31,342 nt of DNA, from the sequence record NC_049385.1; one strand, given 5' to 3'. Of this stretch, positions 18,326-26,513 are shown piece after piece. Position 1 is the first letter of the stretch; every line of letters begins with the position of its first letter. The stretch comes from Peduovirus P22H4. The translations under genes were made by a program, and so were the position numbers. A model generated the notes under the pieces. That model saw only the letters and a list, made by a program, of their open reading frames with translations, was not told the DNA's origin and did no database searches.

Positions 18326-20765
18326 CAATGTAAAATTACAGGTATTGCTCAGGGCTGTTGACCAGGCATCCCGCCCGTTTAAATCCATCCGCACAGCGAG
18401 TAAGTCGCTGTCGGGGGATATCCGGGAAACACAAAAATCACTGCGCGAGCTGAACGGTCAGGCATCCCGTATTGAGGGATTCCGCAAGACCAGCGCACAG
18501 CTCGCCGTGACTGGTCATGCACTTGAAAAGGCACGGCAGGAAGCCGAAGCCCTTGCCACACAGTTTAAAAACACCGAACGTCCGACCCGTGCTCAGGCGA
18601 AAGTGCTGGAATCCGCAAAGCGAGCGGCGGAGGACTTACAGGCGAAATATAACCGCCTGACGGATTCCGTTAAACGCCAGCAGCGGGAACTGGCCGCTGT
18701 GGGAATTAATACCCGCAATCTTGCACATGATGAGCAGGGACTGAAAAACCGTATCAGTGAAACCACCGCACAGCTTAACCGACAGCGTGACGCGCTGGCG
18801 CGTGTCAGTGCACAACAGGCAAAACTTAACGCAGTAAAACAGCGTTATCAGGCCGGAAAGGAGCTGGCCGGAAATATGGCCTCAGTGGGCGCTGCCGGTG
18901 TGGGGATTGCTGCTGCGGGAACGATGGCCGGAGTTAAGCTGCTGATGCCCGGTTATGAGTTTGCGCAGAAAAACTCAGAATTGCAGGCCGTGCTCGGAGT
19001 GGCAAAAGACTCCGCCGAAATGACCGCACTACGCAAACAGGCGCGCCAGCTCGGCGATAATACCGCCGCCTCGGCGGATGATGCGGCCGGTGCACAGATA
19101 ATCATCGCGAAAGCGGGTGGGGATGTTGATGCCATTCAGGCGGCAACGCCGGTCACGCTGAATATGGCGCTGGCGAACCGCCGCACGATGGAAGAAAACG
19201 CCGCCCTGCTGATGGGGATGAAATCCGCCTTTCAGCTTTCAAACGATAAGGTCGCTCATATCGGGGATGTTCTCTCCATGACGATGAACAAAACCGCCGC
19301 CGATTTTGACGGCATGAGCGATGCGCTGACCTATGCCGCACCTGTGGCAAAAAATGCCGGTGTCAGCATTGAAGAAACCGCCGCAATGGTCGGGGCACTG
19401 CATGATGCAAAAATTACCGGTTCAATGGCGGGGACGGGAAGCCGTGCCGTGTTAAGCCGTCTGCAGGCACCGACGGGAAAAGCATGGGATGCACTCAAAG
19501 AGCTTGGTGTGAAAACCTCAGACAGCAAGGGAAACACCCGGCCAGTATTTACCATTCTGAAAGAAATGCAGGCCAGTTTTGAGAAAAACCGGCTCGGTAC
19601 TGCCCAGCAGGCTGAATACATGAAAACTATTTTCGGGGAGGAGGCCAGCTCAGCCGCCGCCGTGCTGATGACTGCCGCCTCAACCGGAAAGCTGGACAAA
19701 CTGACCGCTGCGTTTAAAGCCTCAGACGGGAAGACTGCCGAGCTGGTAAATATCATGCAGGACAACCTCGGCGGTGACTTTAAGGAGTTTCAGTCCGCTT
19801 ATGAGGCGGTAGGGACAGACCTGTTTGACCAGCAGGAAGGCGCACTGCGTAAGCTCACACAGACGGCCACAAAGTATGTGTTAAAACTCGACGGCTGGAT
19901 ACAGAAAAACAAATCACTGGCGTCAACCATTGGCATCATTGCCGGTGGCGCGCTGGCGCTTATTGGCATCATCGGTGCAATTGGTCTTGTAGCCTGGCCG
20001 GTTATCACCGGCATCAATGCCATCATCGCGGCAGCAGGCGCAATGGGTGCAATCTTCACGACGGTTGGCAGTGCTGTTATGACTGCTATCGGGGTGATTA
20101 GCTGGCCGGTTGTGGCAGTGGTGGCCGCCATTGTCGCCGGGGCGTTGCTTATCCGTAAATACTGGGAGCCTGTCAGCGCATTCTTTGGCGGTGTGGTGGA
20201 AGGGCTGAAAGCGGCATTTGCGCCGGTGGGAGAACTGTTCACGCCACTGAAGCCGGTGTTTGACTGGCTGGGGGAAAAGTTACAGGCTGCGTGGCAGTGG
20301 TTTAAAAACCTGATTGCACCGGTCAAAGCCACCCGGGACACCCTGAACCGTTGCCGTGACACGGGCGTCATGTTCGGGCAGGCACTGGCTGACGCGCTGA
20401 TGCTGCCGCTTAATGCGTTCAACAAATTACGCAGCGGCATTGACTGGGTACTGGAAAAGCTCGGGGTCATCAACAAAGAGTCAGACACACTTGACCAGAC
20501 CGCCGCCAGAACTCATGCCGCCACGTATGGCACCGGTGGTTATATTCCGGCGGCCAGCTCTTATGCAGGCTATCAGGCTTATCAGCCGGTCACGGCACCG
20601 GCTGGCCGCTCTTATGTGGACCAGAGTAAAAACGAATATCACATCAGCCTGACGGGTGGTACTGCACCGGGGACACAGCTTGACCGCCAGTTACAGGATG
20701 CGCTCGAAAAATACGAGCGGGATAAACGTGCGCGCGCCCGTGCCAGCATGATGCATGACGGTTAA
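18318..20765 (+). CDS. T: Tail tape measure protein (P2 gpT)
   Basis: 815-aa ORF, P2 gpT length; coiled-coil N-terminus and Gly/Ala-rich hydrophobic central segment. Confidence 0.9.
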   Translation: MSNNVKLQVLLRAVDQASRPFKSIRTASKSLSGDIRETQKSLRELNGQASRIEGFRKTSAQLAVTGHALEKARQEAEALATQFKNTERPTRAQAKVLESAKRAAEDLQAKYNRLTDSVKRQQRELAAVGINTRNLAHDEQGLKNRISETTAQLNRQRDALARVSAQQAKLNAVKQRYQAGKELAGNMASVGAAGVGIAAAGTMAGVKLLMPGYEFAQKNSELQAVLGVAKDSAEMTALRKQARQLGDNTAASADDAAGAQIIIAKAGGDVDAIQAATPVTLNMALANRRTMEENAALLMGMKSAFQLSNDKVAHIGDVLSMTMNKTAADFDGMSDALTYAAPVAKNAGVSIEETAAMVGALHDAKITGSMAGTGSRAVLSRLQAPTGKAWDALKELGVKTSDSKGNTRPVFTILKEMQASFEKNRLGTAQQAEYMKTIFGEEASSAAAVLMTAASTGKLDKLTAAFKASDGKTAELVNIMQDNLGGDFKEFQSAYEAVGTDLFDQQEGALRKLTQTATKYVLKLDGWIQKNKSLASTIGIIAGGALALIGIIGAIGLVAWPVITGINAIIAAAGAMGAIFTTVGSAVMTAIGVISWPVVAVVAAIVAGALLIRKYWEPVSAFFGGVVEGLKAAFAPVGELFTPLKPVFDWLGEKLQAAWQWFKNLIAPVKATRDTLNRCRDTGVMFGQALADALMLPLNAFNKLRSGIDWVLEKLGVINKESDTLDQTAARTHAATYGTGGYIPAASSYAGYQAYQPVTAPAGRSYVDQSKNEYHISLTGGTAPGTQLDRQLQDALEKYERDKRARARASMMHDG

Positions 20766-20779
20766 GGAGGTGACGAAAA

Positions 20780-21259
20780 ATGATGCTCGCGTTAGGTATG
20801 TTTGTTTTTATGCGCCAGACGCTGCCACACCAGACCATGCAGCGTGAATCAGATTATCGCTGGCCGTCAAATTCCCGTATCGGTAAACGGGATGCCTTTC
20901 AGTTTCTCGGTGTGGGTGAGGAAAACATCACGCTTGCCGGTGTGCTTTATCCCGAACTGACCGGCGGCAAGCTGACGATGACCACGCTCAGACTGATGGC
21001 AGAGGAAGGCCGGGCGTGGCCGTTGCTGGATGGCACCGGCATGATTTACGGCATGTATGTCATCGGCAGGGTGAGTGAAACAGGGAGTATTTTCTTTGCA
21101 GACGGCACACCACGGAAAATTGATTTTACGCTGTCGCTCACCCGCGTTGATGAGTCACTGGCCGCGCTTTATGGCGATATCGGTAAACAGGCAGAATCGC
21201 TCATCGGTAAGGCTGGCAGTATGGCGACTAAATTCACGGGTATGACGGGGGCGGGATAA
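20780..21259 (+). CDS. U: Tail protein (P2 gpU)
   Basis: 159-aa ORF after T, P2 gpU position and size. Confidence 0.88.
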   Translation: MMLALGMFVFMRQTLPHQTMQRESDYRWPSNSRIGKRDAFQFLGVGEENITLAGVLYPELTGGKLTMTTLRLMAEEGRAWPLLDGTGMIYGMYVIGRVSETGSIFFADGTPRKIDFTLSLTRVDESLAALYGDIGKQAESLIGKAGSMATKFTGMTGAG

Positions 21260-22422
21260 TGCTGGATGCGCTGACATTTGATGCAGGCAGTACGCTGACG
21301 CCGGATTACATGCTGATGCTCGACAGCAGGGATATTACCGGCAATATCAGCGACCGTCTGATGAGCATGACCCTGACGGATAACCGGGGCTTTGAGGCTG
21401 ACCAGCTTGATATTGAACTGAACGATGCCGACGGGCAGGTCGGGCTGCCGGTTCGTGGCGCTGTCCTGACGGTGTATATCGGCTGGAAAGGTTTTGCCCT
21501 GGTATGCAAGGGGAAATTTACCGTTGATGAGGTTGAACACCGGGGCGCGCCAGATGTGGTCACCATCCGCGCCCGGAGTGCAGATTTTCGCGGGACGCTC
21601 AATTCCCGCCGGGAAGGCTCCTGGCATGACACCACGCTCGGTGCGATTGTTGAGGCGATAGCCTCCCGTAACAGGCTGGAAGCCAGTGTTGCTCCGTCAC
21701 TGGCCGGAATAAAAATTCCACACATCGACCAGTCGCAGGAGTCCGATGCGAAATTTCTGACCCGTCTTGCAGAACGCAACGGCGGTGAGGTGTCGGTAAA
21801 AATGGGAAAACTGCTGTTTCTCAAAGCGGGGCAGGGGGTGACGGCCAGCGGTAAAAAAATCCCGCAGGTCACCATAACCCGCAGCGACGGCGACCGCCAC
21901 CATTTTGCGATTGCTGACCGTGGAGCCTATACCGGCGTAACGGCAAAGTGGCTTCACACCAAAGACCCGAAGCCGCAAAAGCAGAAGGTAAAACTGAAAC
22001 GCAAAAAGAAAGAAAAACACCTGCGCGCACTGGAGCACCCGAAAGCAAAACCGGTCACGCAGAAGAAAGCGCCAAAAGTACCGGAAACGCGCGAAGGTGA
22101 ATACATGGCCGGTGAGGCTGACAACGTTTTTGCCCTGACCACGGTATATGCCACAAAAGCGCAGGCCATGCGCGCCGCTCAGGCGAAGTGGGATAAATTG
22201 CAACGGGGTGTTGCGGAGTTCTCCATCAGCCTGGCTACTGGTCGGGCTGATATTTACACGGAAACACCGGTTAAAGTGTCAGGCTTTAAGCGCGTCATAG
22301 ACGAGCAGGACTGGACAATCACTAAGGTGACACATTTTCTGAATAATAGCGGCTTCACGACGTCCCTGGAGCTTGAGGTCAGGCTTTCTGATGTGGAGTA
22401 CGAAACAGAAGATGATGAGTGA
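21259..22422 (+). CDS. D: Tail protein / late control protein (P2 gpD)
   Basis: 387-aa ORF, P2 gpD length; start overlaps the U stop. Confidence 0.88.
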   Translation: MLDALTFDAGSTLTPDYMLMLDSRDITGNISDRLMSMTLTDNRGFEADQLDIELNDADGQVGLPVRGAVLTVYIGWKGFALVCKGKFTVDEVEHRGAPDVVTIRARSADFRGTLNSRREGSWHDTTLGAIVEAIASRNRLEASVAPSLAGIKIPHIDQSQESDAKFLTRLAERNGGEVSVKMGKLLFLKAGQGVTASGKKIPQVTITRSDGDRHHFAIADRGAYTGVTAKWLHTKDPKPQKQKVKLKRKKKEKHLRALEHPKAKPVTQKKAPKVPETREGEYMAGEADNVFALTTVYATKAQAMRAAQAKWDKLQRGVAEFSISLATGRADIYTETPVKVSGFKRVIDEQDWTITKVTHFLNNSGFTTSLELEVRLSDVEYETEDDE

Positions 22423-22503
22423 TGTTTTTATTTTATCTATTTGTTTTATAAGGATAAATTAACTAAAATGGCACCATCAACAAAACCGGAAGAGGTGCTC
22501 GCG

Positions 22504-22722
22504 ATGTTTCATTGTCCTTTATGCCAGCATGCCGCACATGCGCGTACAAGCCGCTATATCACTGACACGACAAAAGAGCGTTATCACCAGTGTCAGAACG
22601 TGAATTGCAGCGCCACGTTCATCACTTATGAGTCGGTACAGCGATACATCGTAAAGCCGGGAGAAGTCCACGCCGTAAGGCCGCACCCGTTACCGTCAGG
22701 GCAGCAAATTATGTGGATGTAA
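22504..22722 (+). CDS. ogr: Late-gene transcriptional activator Ogr (C4 zinc finger)
   Basis: ATG at 22504 gives 72 aa (MFHCPLCQHAAHARTSRYITDTTKERYHQCQNVNCSATF...) with Cys-X2-Cys-X22-Cys-X4-Cys; the ORF track's 93-aa form uses an upstream TTG. Confidence 0.9.
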   Translation: MFHCPLCQHAAHARTSRYITDTTKERYHQCQNVNCSATFITYESVQRYIVKPGEVHAVRPHPLPSGQQIMWM

Positions 22723-22733
22723 TTACAAACAGA

Positions 22734-22760
22734 AAGCCCCTCAGTCGAGGGGCTTTTTTT
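22734..22760 (+). terminator. Rho-independent terminator after ogr
   Basis: GCCCCTC-AGTC-GAGGGGC hairpin followed by T7 (22754-22760). Confidence 0.8.
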
Positions 22761-22824
22761 GTCGATGTGGTCAATGTGTGGACGTGACCAGAAATAAATC
22801 CTTTTATTTCATTGAATTACGCGT

Positions 22825-22851
22825 AAAAAATAAGCCCGTGTAAGGGAGATT
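22825..22851. other. attP: attP core (P2 27-bp att core AAAAAATAAGCCCGTGTAAGGGAGATT)
   Basis: Exact 27-bp string present between ogr and int; matches the P2 att core as I recall it. Confidence 0.7.
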
Positions 22852-22930
22852 TAGGGTGTCACCAGTAGGGGCTTTCAACGGTACAATGCGGGTTTGAGCG
22901 GCATAAATTACCACTGAAAGCCCTTAAACG

Positions 22931-23944
22931 TTACTCTACTGTGGACACTGTGTGGACACTCTCGGCCTCAGTACCACCTCTTAGCGGATTAAGAGAAATG
23001 GCGTCCTGAAGGTACTCTGGCGCAAAATGAGCGTAAACCATAGTTTGCTCAATCCGCGTGTGACCTAGTATCCGTTGTAGCGTGATAATACTTCCTCCAT
23101 TAATCATGAAATGAGTGGCAAAGCTGTGCCTTAGTGCATGTGTGGCTTGCCCCATTGGCAAATCCGGTTTTATTGCTTTCATTGTTCGTCTGAAGCGAGG
23201 GTAATCAGCATCAGGGAATAAAAAACCTCGTTTGTTATCCGCGATCATTTTGGCAACAGCCTCTGAGATCGGGACGGTGCGTGGTTTGTTTGTTTTCGTT
23301 TTAACAAACGTGACGCGGTTATGGATGATATTTTCTGCTTTCAAACGAGCTGCTTCTCCCCAACGTGCTCCAGTACTCAGGCAAAGAATCGCAATCTTTT
23401 TGTTGTCGCCGTCAAGAGCAGCAAGCAGTAAGGCAATTTCTTCCTGCGTGAGATAGCCTGTGTCTGGTTTTTCCTCCTTAAGCCTTTTTGTCCCTCTGAT
23501 AGGGTGCTCACCAAAGAATAACTCCGCTTCAATCAGGGCTGTAAACATGCCGCTAATACATGTTAAATCACGATTGATACTCGAAGGTTTAATACCCTGA
23601 CTTCTTCGGGTGGCGCAGTACTGGCTGATAAGCGATTTCGTAATTTGAAATGCGCATGGGTCATTCGTTATTTTTGTGAAGATTTCAATTTTTCCAAGAT
23701 TAGATTTCCCATGCTCTTCGTGTTTACCCTTTAAATCCCACCAGATCTGTGTCAGCTCCGACAGACGTCGCTTGTCTGTTGGTTTTGATAGCCATTCTTT
23801 ATTGTGGTGGTTGTACAACGTGTATTTCTCGAAAGCGACAGCTTCGCTTTTCTTATCAAACTTCCTACGGATGCGTTTTCCATTACGTCCAGTAGGGCGG
23901 ATGTCCACTTCATATCGACCATCATCGAGTTTTTTGATTGCCAT
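22931..23944 (-). CDS. int: Tyrosine integrase (P2 Int)
   Basis: 337-aa ORF, P2 Int length; contains tyrosine-recombinase catalytic region (HALRHSFATH... and LGHTRIEQTMVYAH); adjacent to attP. Confidence 0.9.
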   Translation of the reverse strand: MAIKKLDDGRYEVDIRPTGRNGKRIRRKFDKKSEAVAFEKYTLYNHHNKEWLSKPTDKRRLSELTQIWWDLKGKHEEHGKSNLGKIEIFTKITNDPCAFQITKSLISQYCATRRSQGIKPSSINRDLTCISGMFTALIEAELFFGEHPIRGTKRLKEEKPDTGYLTQEEIALLLAALDGDNKKIAILCLSTGARWGEAARLKAENIIHNRVTFVKTKTNKPRTVPISEAVAKMIADNKRGFLFPDADYPRFRRTMKAIKPDLPMGQATHALRHSFATHFMINGGSIITLQRILGHTRIEQTMVYAHFAPEYLQDAISLNPLRGGTEAESVHTVSTVE

Positions 23945-24059
23945 CAGAAAACCCTCCGAGTGGTGTGTTTTTTTGCGACTACTAATCGCTTTTTTCGTGG
24001 TGGCTGAAATTTAGCCACCAATAGTAGGCACTTGTGATGAATATATTCACGATGAATTG

Positions 24060-24359
24060 TTAACCAGTCTTTTGACCGGAGTGGGGCGACGTTGTTTCGT
24101 TTTGCCCAAAGTGTGCGAGAGCGGGCGCAATTTGCCCGGACTCAGGAGCGATCTGATTGGTCATGAACCATAAAGTGTATTTGGTGAATTGTGGGGTCTG
24201 CAGGATGTTCATCATGACATCTGTTGGAGGTGTTGAACGACCACTTTCATAGTAACTCAGCGTGCCATACGGAACCCCTGTTAAATCAGCAAGTTGTTGT
24301 CTGCTCAAATACTCTGATTTTCGCATTAAGACTATCTTCTCGCTTATCGTGTTTGACAT
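24060..24359 (-). CDS. C: Immunity repressor C
   Basis: 99-aa ORF, P2 C length, with a helix-turn-helix-like segment (LSRQQLADLTGVPYGTLSYYESG); divergent from cox. Confidence 0.88.
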   Translation of the reverse strand: MSNTISEKIVLMRKSEYLSRQQLADLTGVPYGTLSYYESGRSTPPTDVMMNILQTPQFTKYTLWFMTNQIAPESGQIAPALAHFGQNETTSPHSGQKTG

Positions 24360-24473
24360 GGTGTTTAGATCTCAATAGTATCTAGTTTAGATGTAGATTG
24401 TTTAGTGCTTGGATGTGGGCACTAAAAGGCATTATAAGACATTAAACGCAATTCATGAGGGCTAGAGGACGAC
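24360..24473. promoter_or_regulatory. C/cox developmental switch region (Pe/Pc face-to-face promoters) with C-repressor operator direct repeats
   Basis: 8-bp direct repeats GTTTAGAT at 24363-24370 and 24385-24392, 22 bp apart, with a partial third copy GTTTAG at 24400-24405; P2 C binds direct repeats of this kind flanking Pe. Confidence 0.7.
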
Positions 24474-24749
24474 ATGAGCAAGCAAGTAACACTCATGACT
24501 GATGCGATTCCTTATCAGGAGTTCGCAAAACTAATAGGAAAATCGACAGGAGCGGTTCGTCGGATGATCGATAAAGGAAAGCTGCCTGTAATTGATATGA
24601 CCGATCCACAATCAGCTTCAGGTCGTGCAGGTGAATATTGGGTATACCTTCCGGCATGGAATAACGGACTAAAACTGGCTTATGAAAGCCGCCCTAAAGA
24701 GATTCGTGACGGCTGGTTGATGTGGTTAGGTCTCGGTGAACCACGTTAA
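24474..24749 (+). CDS. cox: Cox (excisionase / repressor of Pc)
   Basis: 91-aa ORF, P2 Cox length, first gene of the rightward early operon. Confidence 0.88.
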   Translation: MSKQVTLMTDAIPYQEFAKLIGKSTGAVRRMIDKGKLPVIDMTDPQSASGRAGEYWVYLPAWNNGLKLAYESRPKEIRDGWLMWLGLGEPR

Positions 24750-24759
24750 GGAGAACCGT

Positions 24760-24930
24760 ATGAATGAGCCTCGTTGTATTGCTCAGTTACTGCGTAACGA
24801 AAGCCCCAGGGCGATTGACTTCACCATCACCCACGGTAAGGGGCGTAAGGGAATCATTATCCGCACCAAAAAACAGAGTCCGTTAAAAAAGGCTCTGACC
24901 TTTCTGAAAAGCCGGAGGGCCTGGAAATGA
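24760..24930 (+). CDS. Small early protein (P2 orf78-like), function unknown
   Basis: ATG at 24760 preceded by AAGGAG; 56 aa, basic; position between cox and B. Confidence 0.6.
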   Translation: MNEPRCIAQLLRNESPRAIDFTITHGKGRKGIIIRTKKQSPLKKALTFLKSRRAWK

Positions 24931-25427
24931 CAGTGATGACGCTCAATCTCGTTGAAAAACAGCCAGCAGCTATGCGCCGGATAATTGGTAAGCATCTTGC
25001 CGTTCCTCGCTGGCAGGATACATGTGATTATTATAATCAGATGATGGAGCGCGAACGGCTAACAGTTTGCTTTCATGCGCAGTTAAAACAACGTCACGCA
25101 ACGATGCGTTTTGAAGAAATGAACGACGTCGAACGTGAACGGCTGGTTTGTGCAATTGATGAATTGCGTGGCGCATTCTCAAAACGCCGTCAGGTTGGCG
25201 CAAGTGAGTATGCATATATTAGTTTTTTAACAGTCAGTCAGCGTCGCACTTTATTTATGCACGCACGACTGACTGAAAAAGAATTCAACCAGCCATACTG
25301 GCGAATTAATGAAGAATCATGTTACTGGCGTGATGCTTTGTTCCGTGCATTACGTGAATTATTCAGCCTGTTTGAGTATGCACCGACAATTCTGACGTCG
25401 GTAAAACCAGAGCAATATCTGCATTAA
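24927..25427 (+). CDS. B: Replication protein B (helicase-loader-like)
   Basis: 166-aa ORF, P2 B length, after cox and orf78. Confidence 0.85.
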   Translation: MTVMTLNLVEKQPAAMRRIIGKHLAVPRWQDTCDYYNQMMERERLTVCFHAQLKQRHATMRFEEMNDVERERLVCAIDELRGAFSKRRQVGASEYAYISFLTVSQRRTLFMHARLTEKEFNQPYWRINEESCYWRDALFRALRELFSLFEYAPTILTSVKPEQYLH

Positions 25428-25490
25428 ATAATTAACCAGAGTTTTTAACGCACTTAATCGTGCGGGGCTTCTTTTTGCCTGGAGAAAGTC

Positions 25491-25715
25491 ATGCATACAG
25501 TTTCTGAAAATCAGTGCGGTATATACGCATTAATGCTGCAACAGGCCAGAACCGAAGCACAGGCCGACGCTGCGACGCGCTTTTCTTCTCATCTTGACGC
25601 CATGATTCGCCACATCACAAAGGCGGAGTTATCCCGCGTGGAGATAGTCGAGCTGCTCAGTCAGGAGTCGGAAAAATTTCACAATATCGGATTGTCTCGC
25701 GGGGAGGTGCTTTGA
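25491..25715 (+). CDS. Hypothetical early protein (P2 orf80-like)
   Basis: 74-aa ORF with ATG start, in the early operon. Confidence 0.6.
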   Translation: MHTVSENQCGIYALMLQQARTEAQADAATRFSSHLDAMIRHITKAELSRVEIVELLSQESEKFHNIGLSRGEVL

Positions 25716-26017
25716 TGTCCTGTTCTCGTTCAGTTGTATTACTGAATAACGCCCTAAAAATCGCCGTTATGAAAAATGGCGATTTGTCTCTTATTCAACT
25801 TGGTCTTGATAAAGAAAAACGCGAAATAACTGAGTCTGTTATCGCGATTTATCAGAACGAATTAAATCTCCTGTCTGATGTGGTCAATTTACTTGTTAAA
25901 CGCGCTGTATTTCACAAGCAAATCTCCTCCGTGGATGAACTGACGAAATTAACGACAGAAATTGCCAGTTATTGCGCTGATGAATTTAAAAACCTTAACG
26001 ACAAAAGGAACTGGTAA
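25715..26017 (+). CDS. Hypothetical early protein (P2 orf81-like)
   Basis: ATG at 25715 overlapping the orf80 stop, about 100 aa; the ORF track form begins at an upstream TTG. Confidence 0.6.
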   Translation: MSCSRSVVLLNNALKIAVMKNGDLSLIQLGLDKEKREITESVIAIYQNELNLLSDVVNLLVKRAVFHKQISSVDELTKLTTEIASYCADEFKNLNDKRNW

Positions 26018-26241
26018 TGCCGGACAACGTAGATTTTATTCAGGAACAACAGGCTGAATTACTGGAGCGCCAGATTAACGCGGCAAGGGTAAAACATTGC
26101 GGTGCTTCTGCGCTGGTTTGCGAAGAGTGTGACGCGCCAATACCTGCTGCCCGTCGTGCGGCTTATCCGTCAGCCACGCGTTGTGTTTCCTGTCAGTCAG
26201 TCTTTGAAGCAAAAAACAAACATTACCGGAGAATGGCATGA
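26017..26241 (+). CDS. DksA/TraR-family C4 zinc-finger protein (P2 orf82-like)
   Basis: 74-aa ORF with CEEC-X17-CVSC, the Cys4 spacing typical of TraR/DksA C-terminal zinc fingers. Confidence 0.7.
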   Translation: MPDNVDFIQEQQAELLERQINAARVKHCGASALVCEECDAPIPAARRAAYPSATRCVSCQSVFEAKNKHYRRMA

Positions 26242-26513
26242 GTATTCGTATCGAAATTGGCGAACGTTATGTCGTTACCAGTGACAGCTTTCAGTTTATT
26301 CTCCACGAGAAAAAGAGAGCGGAAAGCGGTAAAAACGCCGGTCAGGAATGGCTGTCGGTGGTTGGTTATTACCCGAAATTAAGCCAGCTCGTTTCCGGCC
26401 TGATGCATCACGATATTCTGACCGGAAGCGCAAAGTCTTTTGCTGATTTAAACGCGCAGGTTGAGCAACTCAGCAAGCGTTGTTCAGAGGCTTTTGGCTC
26501 ATATGGCCGTTAA
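26238..26513 (+). CDS. Hypothetical early protein (P2 orf83-like)
   Basis: 91-aa ORF; its end overlaps the start of A. Confidence 0.6.
   Translation: MSIRIEIGERYVVTSDSFQFILHEKKRAESGKNAGQEWLSVVGYYPKLSQLVSGLMHHDILTGSAKSFADLNAQVEQLSKRCSEAFGSYGR

Noticed and set aside
19331-20488. Long antisense ORFs inside the tape-measure gene T (19331-19765 -, 19799-20488 -)
   Set aside because: Antisense to an 815-aa conserved structural gene; Ala/Ser/Pro-rich translations reflect the complement of a Gly/Ala-rich coding region rather than real genes.
22441-22503. 5' extensions implied by the ORF track for ogr (93 aa), A (775 aa), O (306 aa), P (600 aa), L (189 aa) and X (90 aa)
   Set aside because: The extended forms begin at non-ATG or upstream codons inside the preceding gene; the internal ATGs give exactly the P2 protein lengths and have better spacing to the upstream gene.
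22723-22930. Integrated prophage with attL/attR and host flanks
   Set aside because: ogr and int are adjacent across an intact attP, and the window ends reconstitute cos; no host chromosomal genes are present, so this is the phage form.
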